A model generated the notes under the pieces. It was not told the origin of the DNA. It was given only the letters and a program-made list of their open reading frames with translations, and ran no database searches. This document shows, in pieces, positions 23,639 through 35,708 of a stretch of 39,075 nucleotides of DNA. Location: the NCBI GenBank assembly GCA_000320545.1, contig ADNK01000020.1, positions 1 through 39,075 of the forward strand, read 5' to 3'. The stretch comes from Bigelowiella natans CCMP2755 (lineage: Eukaryota; Protista; Cercozoa). A program made the translations under genes and the position numbers. How positions within the stretch are numbered: position 1 is the stretch's first letter; every line of letters begins with the position of its first letter.

Positions 23639-25290
23639 ATGTCCCGTGGAATTCAGACCAATTATGAACGGCGACAAATAGTGGAATCTATGGTTTCAAA
23701 TGTTATAATGCAAGTGATCCTACTCATAAGACATGGAAAAAACATTTGTCGCAACATCAACATAGAATTTCAATTTCAATTGAGAGGAGTTGTATTTATC
23801 TTCTGTGACATCAATTTCAGGTTGTCGCAGTCATAAAAGATATCTCGGGGTATCAATCCTAAACCGACCCCCCAACCCTCTGCCTTGCCTCGACATCTGG
23901 GAGACGATGCACACAGGCTAAGTAGTCTGGAACTAGGGTGCAATCAGAAACGGGTGATAATCTAGTGCACATATGATCATTCGGTGCGTGTAATGTGGGC
24001 AGTATCATTTTTCCCATGAATTCAAAAATCTGTGAGTACATTTACAAACTCTTTTCGAGTTAAATTCTGTTCTGTGATCCAGCGATAGGTTTGTCTATTG
24101 TGACTTTCCCCCTTACCTATGTGTTATTTCCTTGTCCAGGATTCAGCCGAAGTCCTCATTATCTGTGTTTTAAAAAAAAGAAATCTAATATTGGATTATG
24201 GGAGTATGCCAGTCCGATGAATCTTCTTCACGGGAGGCAAATTACGTCAGGTGACCCATGTTCAAAATCGTTCTTTTCAAAAATCATAGCCATAGTCAAC
24301 ACTCACTAATATTCTTAGAAAAAAAAATGATGCTCCTGAAAATCAAGAAGTGCCAACGCACAAGAATGATGCTCCCAACGCGATCGAGGCAAAAAAGGAG
24401 CCAACGAAGGAGCCAACACTGCTGGAAAAGAATGTGCAGCAAAATAATGAAGTAGAATGTCAGGAAGCTTCTCAAACGAGAAGTGATAGAGCAGCGAAGT
24501 CCAATGCACGGGAGGATTTTTTGAATGAAAGTCCAGCGCATAGTAGCATATCACGTTCGCGTAGCGAGTTTTCTTCTAAGGCAAATAGTAACCTATCGAG
24601 TCCGAGGGTCTCAAAGCTAAGAAGTCCGAGGGGCTCGAAGCTAGGTAGCATTAAAAAATTGTTCAGTTCCATGATGAATATAGAAAAGAACAAAGATGCA
24701 GTGGAGGGCAAGACAACCTTTGAACGACTTGGTTTAATCGACATCGAAGTTGAGCAGGTGGTCTATGCCGAAACAGTTGGAAGGGGGAGGTTACAAACTG
24801 ATGTCACAACAAAATGGTAAATAGGCTGATGTCCCTGACGAGCCCTGCGCGTATTTCATCATTCTAGAGGATGGATTAGACAAAGATACTGAACCGGTGA
24901 CCTTCAGGATTGTAATTTTATCGACGTGAGCTAACTTGATCGTGAAACGACAGGTGACTGCTCCTGACGAACCCTGCGCGTATTTCGTCGTTATAGATGA
25001 GGTAAATGAAAACGCCGACAAAGCTCAAGACGATGATCAATGGTTCAAAGTTCCAAACGAACCCCTTGGCCATATTGTCTACAACTCCAAGGTACGACAA
25101 GCCCTAATCGTGCATGATTTCAACGATTATCTAGAACATGGTAGTAGTCACACACACTAGCTTCTGCATGGATGCAATAATTTGTGACGTTTGAATTCGC
25201 TGCTAGGCTGCAATCCGCAAACGGGCAAGAGAAAAGTATGAAACCCGGATCCGAAGGAGCTTGTCAAGCCCACTCGCCTTCGAGCTATAA
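23639..25290 (+). CDS. Hypothetical hydrophilic protein with two similar PDEPCAYF exons
   Basis: Long open exon at ~24320-24758, then AG/GT-bounded exons ADVPDEPCAYFIILEDG... and VTAPDEPCAYFVVIDE...VYNSK, and a last exon AAIRKRAREKYETRIRRSLSSPLAFEL-stop at 25290. The 5' exons and the start at 23639 are tentative. Confidence 0.55.
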
Positions 25291-25499
25291 ATGATGTGAT
25301 TCCTTGAATTTCAGCAAGGGATGCCTTTGATAGATTGTATAATTAATTTTATCATTATAATAGAAGTCTGTACGTGTACGTGTATGTTTTTCATAACATA
25401 TACGCACGAAATAATACGCAACTTGCATTATTATCATGCTCCGGGTCATCAGAAGCTGAGACCTGTGATGCCTAGTATTGCCCGCTGTACCGTGGTGGG

Positions 25500-25544
<45 letters not shown>

Positions 25545-25724
25545 ACCTGCTTAACCTGATGTTGCTTATTGCATGCACGCCTACCTGCACAACGAAGCAG
25601 GCAAACTTGCATCCGCTATAGCAGCGCCTTATATTGTCGCACACATGCTAGCATTCACACACAGCAGTGATGGGCTCAATTGGGCAATGTTTACAATTAT
25701 TACTCAGATAGATAGATACAACAT

Positions 25725-25960
25725 ATAAGCGCTGTAGCCGCTGCTTTGCACATAGCTACATTAGGATGACTATTGAAAAGATTTAATCACTTCATCTCAC
25801 GACGGCAGTCGCACATCACATGCACCAAATGCATCACGCTGGCCACACGGTACAGCTACACACTGCTGTAGCCGCGCAGCATTGCTAACAGTTTAATATC
25901 TACATTAGGGTGACCATTTAAAAAACACATATATTCATTGCATCGATCCGCCTCATGCAC
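25725..25960 (+). repeat. Two diverged copies of the dispersed repeat core
   Basis: aagcgctgtagccgc...tagctacattaggatgactattgaaaagatttaa at ~25727 and ctgtagccgc...tctacattagggtgaccatttaaaaaa at ~25866. Confidence 0.85.
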
Positions 25961-26249
25961 AAAATGTGTTGTTGCGCATGTCGTGACATGCAGTAGTTTG
26001 AATCCAAATGAAGATGCATGCCAGTGGCTAAACGCAATGCCGCATGCATGCATGCACGCTGTTGCTGTGCAATGTTGAAAAGATTTGGTGACATCATGGC
26101 ACACATGTTTCATTGTGCAAGCTTGCATGGCTACTTTCAGACGCGCGTGCCGTGGCTTGACTTCAAGCTGAGCAACAATTGTGACACGGGTGCAACAATG
26201 TGCATTGTCAGTCACATGCATTTGCAGCGCACATGCAGCTAGGATGACC

Positions 26250-26632
26250 GGGTGACATGGAGATCAAGGGGGGCGGACCGCGCGAAAAATTTTCGGGTGG
26301 TTGCAGTGAAGTTTGCAAGTTTCCATTGCAGATGGAGCTCAAGGGGGGAGGAAATGAAGGTTTTGCGGCCAAAAGAGTGTTTTTCTCGCGCCGAGCGCGA
26401 AAAATTTGCGGGTGGTTGCAGTGAAGTTTGCAAGTTTCCATTGCAGATTTCACTGAATTTCAGAAAAATGCTCTGTTTTGGCATGGTGAAATGCGGAAAT
26501 AGCGCAACGCGCTAAGAGAAGCCATTTCCGCAAGTCCGCAAGTTAGCTTCGGCCGGCGGCACTCGGCAGGGCCGCAGGGCGCCTGCGATTGCTGTATCCG
26601 CAAACCCGCCCCCCTTGAGCTCTAGGGCGCCC
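26250..26632. mobile_element. Non-autonomous DNA transposon (MITE-like), 383 bp, 27 bp imperfect TIRs, 4 bp TSD GACC
   Basis: Left end gggtgacatggagatcaaggggggcgg; reverse complement of right end gggcgccctagagctcaaggggggcgg (22/27 identical). GACC lies at 26246-26249 and 26633-26636. Removing the element restores taggatGACCattgaaaa of the host repeat. Internal ~53 bp direct repeat at 26281 and 26396. Confidence 0.88.
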
Positions 26633-27241
26633 GACCATTGAAAAGATTTAATTTATTTATCACATCCGTCTCTCACAGCGTACACACACACAGTGGCCCT
26701 CATGCAAGTTGAGCGCATAGCATGTGTACAAACACATGTAGCTCGCCTTCAACTCGATGCCATCGGTTCTCTTGCCGTATGAAGACGCTGTTTATACCAT
26801 GCAGAGTAGCTACCTCGCCATTCATGTGCAAAGCCTCCATCATGCATGTGTGTAATCAAAGAGGTGGCCCCGGAAGGACCCAAATCAGGCTTGAAGGCGA
26901 CGTGTCCTTAAGTCCATCCACAGACACAAGTAGGCCTAGATGCTCGATGCATCGCTACATCGTCATATCAACTACTCGTTGCTGTACGTTGGTGGTTTGA
27001 TCGGGAGACGAATAGAACATACCTGACATGTGGACATGTTAACGAATAACACCCCCCGCCAGCAGAGTCATATCCAAAAAAAAGGAAACGAAACACTTCG
27101 CATAGAAACTGCGAGGCATCTACAAGGATGCTGCACCGCACCGCACTATAATCACGACCGCTTCTATTTTCTGTCAACTTTTCGGATTCAGAAAGCTTTT
27201 CCTGATCCTGACTGTTCTAACGATACATCGCCCATTCATTC

Positions 27242-29261
27242 TTACATTCGGTGTACGTCGCCAACACAGTACCTGTTTGGATTTCCGTCACGTGTCCACA
27301 CTCGATCGAAGTAGGAAGACGCGGCCACAGAGTGCCCACACCTTTCGCCGATAAAAATAACAACAAAAAGAGCCGTTTCGACATGGAAAACAACCACTGC
27401 AGACTCTATGCTGATCAGCAGATTTGTTACATTATTGTGTGTTCGCTGTGCGCTGTTCTTTCTTCCTACTGTTAGTGTTTCACCATGGCCCTGGAGTACC
27501 CAACCAGAGGATAAAGTCGCCAGCTCTTTCCTTTACCATTGTAGACATAACTCTTTTAGGGATTTCAATTTTCACATTATAGTATGTTTCAGAATGAATG
27601 CAAAGGAATACCACACAAAACATCATCACATCCTCACCATCATACACGACCTGTTCCTTGAGGGGGGGGCGGTTAGACTCGCCGTCCCCGCGGTTATTTC
27701 CCTCAGCAGCTAAGGGCTCTGACTGAGCAAACAGATGCCTCTTCCTTCTTCCTGGAAGAAGACCAGTAGAGACCAAAAGGGAGATTAATTCGCATTAGAA
27801 AACGAATATTCTACAGCTTGGCAAGTGGTTTGAGATTGGGGCACGCTTTAGATACTCGCTGCCCTGCAGCATCACCGCCACCATTAGCACTACCACCACT
27901 ATCATCATCAAAACTCTCGCTATCACCATCAACCAGTACCCCGTGTCAGCTGGGAGATCGTGTGCAGAAGCATGCGACCGTACCTTTTGGGGGGTGATTA
28001 CGACAATGATGATGATGATGATGATGATGATGATGGTGATGATGATGGTGATGATAACATTACCAATAGGGTAAAATGAGGATGAGCAGCATCACCAGCA
28101 TCATGCGGCGGAGCTATGCGTTGTGTCGACTCGAGGAAGTGAAAGAGTCGTCATGCACGACATATGATGCGTAACTACCAGAGATTATCTGTCACGATGG
28201 TCATTTTTCCTTTTCCGCCCTCCTCCAAGATATTATGGACCTGCCTCAAAAAACCTACCCAATTGAACACACGCGCACACGCACTCAAAGACGAGTATGT
28301 GCATGGTTTTTCCTCGAGGGTGTTCTATTCCTGCACAGCTTGTGTCCCGAATACATGCCAATCTTTGTAGCACATCGTCAGCAACGTTTCACCAGCCAAA
28401 AACAACTACTATTACTATTACTGCTACTACTATTACTACTCGCTGTGAGGAGATGCTGGGCTTGTGATTTGAGTTCTCCATGACTCTGAGAGAATAAAGG
28501 GGGAGAGGGGGGGAATCGAGGGAAAGATCATCGCCTTTTATTAGAAATAGCCGACAGAGTAGGGAGAGGTGACGGTAGCAGCAACCTGTCGCTGTTGGGG
28601 CGGTTCTGGATGGTTGACGAAGACGTGCTAAGAACATAGAGGAGGAGGAGGAGGAGGAGGATAAAGGGAAATAGAAGCGAAGGTGATGGTGAGTGGGAGA
28701 GAGGAAAAACTACCAATGAAATACAATCAAACACAAGACATTGTTCTTAGCGTTGTGTTCAGCAGCGGTGCATTCGCTGGCGCAACAATGCCTTGTAGTT
28801 GGTTTAGTGCGGCTTTGAGCTCGTTTGTGTTTGCTGAGCGAGTACGTGCGGTTGCATGTGCAAGTGCGTTCAAAGATGCTACTCACGCGGACGCTATTCG
28901 TTGGCAAGTTTCTCCTCAGAATGGCTCGAGCGTCGCCTCCGATGATCTGAGAAAAGGCCATTACTTAATTTGATTTGTTGAAGGAAGGGTAAAACGAGGA
29001 GGCGGAGGAGGAGGAGGATGAGAGAATCCTATACTCGCTCTATCGCATGTGTGTGCGGGCGTCGTAATTCAGGGGTGGTGAAGCTACTAATCGTTTCTAC
29101 CACTACTGCTACTACTACTACTACTACTACTACCACTACTACTACTACTACTACCGCTATGTTTCTAGCCCGATTGAGAAGTGTGTGCATGAAGGCTTTG
29201 TACCTATTGTCATCATTTTAACAACATAATAAAACTTGGTTATGGGATATTTCCACTAAAT

Positions 29262-29299
<38 letters not shown>

Positions 29300-30152
29300 A
29301 ATCTCATTTGACGTACACTCGATCGAAGCGCAGCTCTAGGGCCATCCAGTATGCATCTTTACTCTGTTGCAATGAAGAGGAAAGCAGTGATGATGGTGAT
29401 TGAGTTATGATATATGATTATGTTAGATGATGATGCTTTGCCAATCAATGAAACACGTAAACAAGTGCAAACAACAGATACGCTCACACGCAGCAAAGAG
29501 AGACTTGTTATTGCAGCCACCACGAGCAATAGCAATTTAGTAGTACTGTACATCGGCAAGGGCCTGCTCCACCGCCCACTAAAGTTTTGATGTTGTTGTT
29601 GGAGAACGACGGCGACACAACAATCTGTCAGTAAAGACTACACTATCCAACAACCAAAAACTAACGCTGTTTATTTGTGGGTGTGTATGTAAAGGGGGAG
29701 GAGGGGGGGGGGGGGGGGTGAGGGGATGTGATGTGGTGGTTTTCACGACATGACCTCTCCGTCTCCTGCACCGATCTCTAGCTTTATCGGTCGGTTTTGT
29801 TGCGATCTTGCCACTGGTGAGGAAGAAGCAGCAGAGCTCGAGGAGCAGGAGGAGGAAGAAGACATCGATGAAGCGGATACTTTACTACTCGAGAATATAC
29901 GCTTGAGAGCCAGCCTTCCTTCTTCGTCAATCTAGATATAAGATAATGACGATAGTGATGATGCTGCTGCTGTTTGTGGTGAAGATGGCGACAGCAACGA
30001 TGATGAGAATTAAGTCAGAGGGGGAAAAGAAAGCAAGGTGATGATGACGGCGATTACCATATTAATATTATTATTACTAATATTATCATCTATTTCACCC
30101 TTCTTTTTTTCGAAGCAAAACATAATATTTTGCCGAAGAGCTCTCATATTCA

Positions 30153-30193
<41 letters not shown>

Positions 30194-30986
30194 CTGTCCC
30201 ATATCCACCCTTCCCCCTCCCCCCGCCTTTGCGTGTACATTATTCCTGAGTGTGCGCTTCATTCGTTTGATGACATCGGCTTTCCTGCCTCCCCCAAGCT
30301 CCCCCACGCGTGCAGCGAGTTTTCGCACGCCGAAGTTATGCGATAGAAAGGTGGACAGAATCTGAAATATCTGTTTTTGTGCGCGGAGGAGCCGCCGCGC
30401 ATAAGGGAAGGTGCGGGGAGAGAAGAGGGTGTTGAAATGGGCGGAATCTATCAGTTTGTAACGGGAGAAAGCTTTTTGATGAATCGTGAATCGTGTCTAC
30501 TATCAGATAAGCAGCTGTTGTTGTTGTTGTTGTGACGCGAGCTGCAGCGATATGATTTGTACACCCCCTCCCCCCCCCCCCTCTGTTTTAATATGATATA
30601 TACCCTGACCTCTCTTATTCCAACGTAGTAGATAATCAATCCCTCAGCACCTCACTAATGCACGCTACTCTCCCCATTCACCATACACTCACACCATTTA
30701 TCATGTCCACTCACCTGTCGTTTAACACTTATCTCTGAAGCAACTTGTTTGCTGCCGTTTTTCTTCTGTTTCTCCGTTCCCTCCCCACTGCCTCTGGCCC
30801 CTGCAGTGAGTTTAGGAGGGGCAGTCGCAGTTGTTGTAGATGGCGAGGATGCTGATGAGGTAGTAGTCGTAGAGAAGCAGAAGACTCTGAGGAATGCCGA
30901 TAGGGTTTCTTCCGCCTGATTGAACGAGGACCGTGTTGTTGATGACGATGATGAGAGTGATGATGAAGATGGTACTATCGTCTATG

Positions 30987-31054
<68 letters not shown>

Positions 31055-31291
31055 TGTGTGTATCAATGCTTGCGTGGTGATTCTTTTAGATGACTTGTGG
31101 CAGCAGCTCGCATCTCAACGCCTTTGCTATGTATGCCTACCATTGTATAAAGTGGGGGTATTATAATAATAAGAGATACAGGACAGTAGTCAGCGCACTA
31201 GAGGAAGTAGCAGTGCTATGAGTGCTACGAGGAGGAAGAGTCTGTAAGGATGGTGGCACGAGCAGTGGTATATGAGTGCGCGCGCGCGCGC

Positions 31292-31333
<42 letters not shown>

Positions 31334-31633
31334 ACTGCCTTGAGAGCCTTAAGCTCCATTTCAGCATCATCCCTTCGATGAGCACGATATGCTTCGTTCG
31401 ATTTCATGCGACGGGTGGTCGTTGCACCGTCATTGCCGCTGTTTTTACAGCCAAGCATAGGGAGATCACACAAATCGTCATATACTCGCTCGCACCCTCG
31501 CACAGATCCCCGCACTGATTGGGTGGGGTGTACATAGTAGACGGGACCTTTGGTTCTGTTTCTTCCAACCTCGCTTTCCTCCCCTCCCACCTAATTTCGC
31601 AATCGATCAAAGCATGAGAAAACAAAGAGTAAG

Positions 31634-31673
<40 letters not shown>

Positions 31674-33054
31674 GCTGGACATGCTAGTAGTTGTCGCGGC
31701 GGCGTGTGTATATTTTTCTCCAACCCGAAGCTGCTGCAGGATCATCGCCGTCCCGCCCGATATTCTATTCGTCGCAACGTTGAAGACGGCGCACATGGCA
31801 AAAGGAAACGGTACAAAGAAACATGCGAAACATAAGTAAATCATCGCAGCTGCTCGATTTGCGTGCAGAGAGATCCATGATTCGTTGTTTGTACGGCCTA
31901 GCAAACCATCCATCCCGCTTTCTTCAATATTTATTTCTTCCACTGACCACTTTTCCTTCCCAATTCACTTCCTGTGCGTCTCACTGGAATGTGGGTGTGG
32001 AACCAGGATGTGTACGAGTGTTGTTCTTCTGTACCTGCACGCCACTGTTCTTGCTATATTGTTTCAGATGTTTCTTGGCCAACGCGCACGCCTTCTGTGC
32101 AGCTTTGAACCGGCATAAAACCACTAGAGCACGGGCTGTGTATAATGTGAAACATCATAAAATGTAGTTAGATATAACATAGTACTGATACCCATCATTA
32201 TCTCGACGCTACGTCTATCATCGTCGTTATTCCTATCATCCCCAACTCGTTACTCTTCATCCCTGTACCTCTTCTCAGATGCAAGATGGTTTGTGTTTGA
32301 GAACTACTGCTGCTACTGCTGCTGCTGCTGCCTTGAACTCCCTCGTTATCGTCATCATCATCGTCATCATCATCGTCATCATCATCGTCGTTATCCTCAT
32401 CAATTCGATTGTTGTCCTGGTTGGTCTGCCCTCCCATTCGTGTGGAGGCAGCAGAAGCTGTGTTTGGCCGCATTATCGATGCACTGAGTATCCTTAGGCT
32501 GGCCATTCGTAAGCCCTATGCAAAGAGAAATGATGATGATTTCGTAAATGATGATGGGGTGGGGGGGGAGACTACGACGACGAAAACAATGATTCGGCGT
32601 TTTTTAATTTTTGTTCATCGGCACAAGAAGTATTAGTATTGTTATTACCTGTGCTAGCAATGTCGATATGTATCTACATAGACATAAAAGAGAGACAGGG
32701 GTTGTTTTTGCAAAGTAAGCGGCGTACAAAGACATGCTGCTTCCACTTCTCTCAATAATCATACACTCGGAACACGAATACACACGCACACACACACACA
32801 TTCATTCATTAAAATGCGTGCATGAGCGGTGTTCTCTAATTCCCCTACTCGAAGGTGGTCTCGAAACAGGGTAATAAAATGCAGGAAACAGATGCACACA
32901 TTTACGTGCATGTACATGTCTAATTCTGATGGATTTCTGGTGTTACTATTACTCAAATAGGCTGTCGTCTGGGACGATACCCCAGTCTTTAACGTGCTGC
33001 CACGCTTCCTGCATCATTTCATTGAAACGAAGGAGGAATATATCGTCGCGTACA

Positions 33055-33095
<41 letters not shown>

Positions 33096-33702
33096 TACCT
33101 TAGCCTTGCCGACTTCTCCACACACCAAGCATCCTACACAGAAGAAGGGTTATTAATCCCAAAGGCGGTGAGTGGTTGAGGCTAGCGATGGACTATGATC
33201 ATGCTGAACGAAGAACACATTTGCACGCATGCACAATTGCATGAACCCCAGCGCACTAGCGCATCTCTGAGGAGGGGAGGATAGACACACCTCTCAGAAA
33301 CGTGTTGACTGTGCGAATGTTTGGCTTCCTTTCGACGTTGGAATCCTTTGCCATATCGACGAGCAGTTCCCATGCGCTACTAATGTCTCCTTTATGATGA
33401 CAGAATGCCAATGGCAACCACATCACATGTATAGGATTAATATATACGACTGAGAGCGTAATGAGAGGAGGGAGGAGCATTGGAAAAATATATGTGTGTG
33501 TGTGCGTGTGTGTGTGTGTTTGCATGTGTGCGTGCGTGCCTGTGGTACAATAGTAAACTTCTGACTAGGTTACCGGCGCCGCAATAAGCTTTTAGAGCTG
33601 AGGTGGACGCGACTACTCCGATGTCGATGGTGGCCTTTTCCTCATTCATTTTCTCAAACTATGGTTGACGGGACAATGCAGTTGTTGGCATGTAATTGAG
33701 CG

Positions 33703-33761
<59 letters not shown>

Positions 33762-34369
33762 TGCGTGTATTTTTGTATAATATTTGTATGTTTTCAGCAT
33801 CATTACCACTCGTATTGCACCGCCAAAGTCTCCACAGCGTACGTGTGCGTTGATGAGAATGGAGTAGCTATGGGAGTTGGCCTTGCCCTGCCTCTCCAGC
33901 TCGCTGAATATTGCTTTTGCCTGCGAGTGCGTGATGTATATTCGAAATGCGGGTAATGAAAAATTCGTGGTGCGGTAGTTATATAATATGGTGAGAAAAA
34001 TCTCAATATATAAACCTCTTTCAGTTTCTTTCGGTTCGCACACACGGCCATTTTCTTGTTTGCCTCTACGACATCAGGGGGAGCTCTATCTCTAAATTTC
34101 CTCCCAACTTTCTTCTTCGCTAGCTGTTGCTGAAATTTCCGTGAGGCAGACTCCTTGACCTTCCTGCTCTGGTCAGTCCTCTTACGAATACTTCTCCCGC
34201 TCTCCACTACATTCCTTCTCCTCTTTTTCAGACTCCTTTTGTGATCCCCCCTTTGCTGCTTAGAGCTGTTACTGTCCGGCTTGGAGCCCCCAACGTTACC
34301 TGGTTTGTCTTGTATCAGAAGCTTGCGCGCGAGAAGCTTTTCGCGCAGGCTCCTAGCGATGGAATCCAT
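27242..34369 (-). CDS. PPR-TGM protein: pentatricopeptide repeats fused to a TrmB-type tRNA (guanine-N7) methyltransferase domain; many small exons
   Basis: Putative ATG at 34369 followed by a basic N-terminus. PPR motifs: AKAIFSELERQGKANSHSYSILINAHVRCGDFGGAIRV, VVASTSALKAYCGAG, KPNIRTVNTFLRG, WGIVPDDSLFEY. C-terminal exons: RPIKLEIGAGDGEW (SAM motif I), WMALELRFDRV, IIGGDARAIL, HVFVNHPEPP, ILEEGGKGKMTIVTDNLWYG, ASSYFDRVW...RY. Middle exons uncertain. Confidence 0.88.
27880..33770. repeat. Dense microsatellites in PPR-TGM introns and some exons
   Basis: (GAT)n near 28010 and 29265, (CTA)n near 29105, (TA)n near 30158, (CT)n(GT)n near 30990 and 33705, (GT/CA)n near 31295, 31642 and 33063. Confidence 0.95.
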
Positions 34370-34559
34370 CGTAGACACAGCGATGCTCTTCGGCGTGCGT
34401 GTCGGCTGCCGAGTTTGCACGGAAGGAATTTTAACAAACGTTTATCGATGAAACGCCATCAATTCATGAGGATGCGACATGCTTTGAAGGGCCAGGCTCC
34501 GCAGAAAATTCACTCGTCGAAACAATTCTATGCCACTGTCGCCCTGTAGCATGCGCAGC

Positions 34560-35660
34560 AAATAATCAATTTCACTCAAATCGTCATTGACCACCAACAT
34601 GCATGCCACAACAATGTGTGCACCAGAAGTTGGAGGGTGAGGACTATTTGATTTCTAAAATACCTCAAGAGACGCAGAAGGGGGGTCTGATGTGGGCTTG
34701 GTGATGCGCACAAGCTGCAGCTTGCCGCAAAAAGCGCGACATCGGATCGCGTGCGTGCGGGCACCCGATGTGAGCACACACACACAGCCGCCAGAAGCAC
34801 GTGCACAGCTGCATGCACTTTCTCATTGGACGCAGCTGCATTGCGCACGACGATGCACCTGTGCACACTCTGCTGCGCTGCATGGACTCTTCCAAATCGG
34901 CAGGTGATGCACCCCTTGCATGTGTTTGACACTCATCGGTTTGCACACCCACGTTTTTGTGAGACCAATCGCCGGCGCACCTGGAACGCAGCATGCAAGG
35001 CTAGAAGGTCCTGCCAGTCTGCGTGCGGACACGATGCGGACACAATGCGATGTGCAGTGGCTGCGATGCAATGAAGCACTTGCCAACGTTCAAAGTGCTG
35101 CGCCGACAGGCCACACGTGTTGTGTGGCTTAAAACTGTGGCTGCTTGTGCCCGCGTGAGGAGTTGCATGCACGTAGCGTGAAGTGAAGGAATGCCCGCCT
35201 AGCCGTGGTGACGTACACGCTGCTCGCCAGCGTGCATGCGTGCTGCACGTGATTCGACAGCACGCATGGCATCTAGAGGCCGTACGCACGTCTGCTAGAC
35301 GTGGACTGCGTGTCTGTCATGCACATGGCAATTGTGTCACCTGTGCAAGGAACGAAGCCGCATAGCCGTACACAGCTCGATCATCAGCTAGTTCAATCTG
35401 CGCATGTCCATAGATGTTGCTGTGGCCTCATTGCTGCGTCCATGCAACTGTTCGATTCATCATTCGCCCCCTTTGTTGCTGTCGATGACGTACATGTTTC
35501 GCGATCTCTCATGGAAATGACATCGACAAGGCTAGAAGGCGAGGAGCGTGCTGTGTGCACAAATGGTGAGTAAATGCCTGCTAGTTCACATGTGCACATG
35601 CCCCACTTCTAGTGTTTGTGTCCATTGAAGCTGGCACATGACTTAGGTTGAGCTAATCGC
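34560..35660. repeat. TpA-depleted, TG/CA/CG-rich intergenic tract, probably a decayed repeat or transposon
   Basis: Almost no TA dinucleotides; overlapping Cys/His-rich ORFs in all frames with no recognisable domain. Repeat status is inferred, since no second copy is visible in this window. Confidence 0.5.
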
Positions 35661-35708
35661 ATAATGCATGCACTGTGTTAATTTTAAAATGTTCATGTTC
35701 ACTTTCAG

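Noticed and set aside
26281-26448. 53 bp direct repeats that might suggest a CRISPR array or LTRs
   Set aside because: Only two copies, inside a TIR element in eukaryotic DNA; no spacer series, cas genes or retroelement ORFs.
26722-27240. Short ORFs downstream of the PPR-TGM stop
   Set aside because: No recognisable domain or consistent exon chain; may be 3' UTR.
34576-35599. Stacked Cys/His-rich ORFs resembling metal-binding or zinc-finger proteins
   Set aside because: Explained by TpA depletion removing stop and Tyr codons in all six frames.
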